Part shown: in pieces, positions 63,695-64,000 of the stretch
Layout: each line of letters starts with the position of its first letter
How positions within the stretch are numbered: position 1 is the stretch's first letter
Virus record (IMG/VR): IMGVR_UViG_3300021962_000031
Direction: 5' to 3' (one strand)
Source: a virus
DNA length: 64,000 bases
Translations under genes and position numbers: made by a program
Notes under the pieces: model-generated
Databases searched by the model: none
Told to the model about the DNA's origin: nothing
The model's input: only the letters and a program-made list of their open reading frames with translations

Positions 63695-64000
63695 CTAACC
63701 TTCCTGGGCCATGAGTCGTTCTTTGAGGTTTTTCATGGCCTCATTCTTCCTTTTCCTGGCCATTTGCTTTGACCAGCCAAACTTGGCCGAGACTTCCCTC
63801 AGAGAGCGACTTTCTAGAAAATAAAACTGCACGATCTCACGATCCTCATCGTTCAGTTGATCAACCGCCTCTCTAATCCATTCATCGTCAACGGTGGGGA
63901 AGCTCTCCTCGCCCACATCAGACTGGCTAGCTTGTTCTAGAGGGACAGTCATAGATAGAACTTTTGTGGAATTTTTCCGAAGCTCCCGCTTACATTCCCA
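63695..64000 (-). CDS. Sigma-70 family RNA polymerase sigma factor (5' partial)
   Basis: Frame open to the window edge (WECKRELRK...); region 4 AVDQLNDEDREIV..YF...SLREVS...A...LKERL. Confidence 0.8.
   Translation of the reverse strand, partial: WECKRELRKNSTKVLSMTVPLEQASQSDVGEESFPTVDDEWIREAVDQLNDEDREIVQFYFLESRSLREVSAKFGWSKQMARKRKNEAMKNLKERLMAQEG

Noticed and set aside
1-64000. Stop-codon reassignment, tRNA or rRNA genes
   Set aside because: Genes are full-length in the standard code with all three stops used; intergenic gaps are short and no cloverleaf was recognised by eye

Overview
This 64 kb window is a fragment of a large tailed dsDNA bacteriophage genome. It is gene-dense with many ATGA-type overlaps, and I found no rRNA, tRNA or CRISPR array. 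(1) 1-23.4 kb, mostly + strand: tail morphogenesis module with a 3868-aa tape measure protein, tail-tip proteins, a Tyr/Trp-rich protein, and a divergent pair of a 2OG-Fe(II) oxygenase-like gene and a ppGalNAc-T-like glycosyltransferase. (2) 23.4-36.3 kb, - strand: SSAP, an endonuclease, and a large glycosylation cluster (GT4, GT2, NTP-transferase, GHMP-like, MTase-like) that also holds phoH and an ATE1/Bpt-like aminoacyl-tRNA-protein transferase. (3) 36.3-55.8 kb, - strand: replication and nucleotide genes (SSB, DnaE split into two intein-free genes around a DEDDh exonuclease, NT5C, MazG, dNMP kinase, primase, DnaB, RecA with a Glu-initiated class 3 intein, class II RNR). (4) 56-64 kb, - strand: a mucin-like poly-Thr fibre/adhesin and its paralog, a papain-like protease cassette and a partial sigma factor. 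The best candidate for a new system is a phage-encoded mucin-type protein O-glycosylation pathway (ppGalNAc-T-like initiator, GT7-like and other GTs, Thr-tract virion substrate), accompanied by several apparently degenerate enzymes. All family calls come from motifs recognised by eye; no database searches were run.
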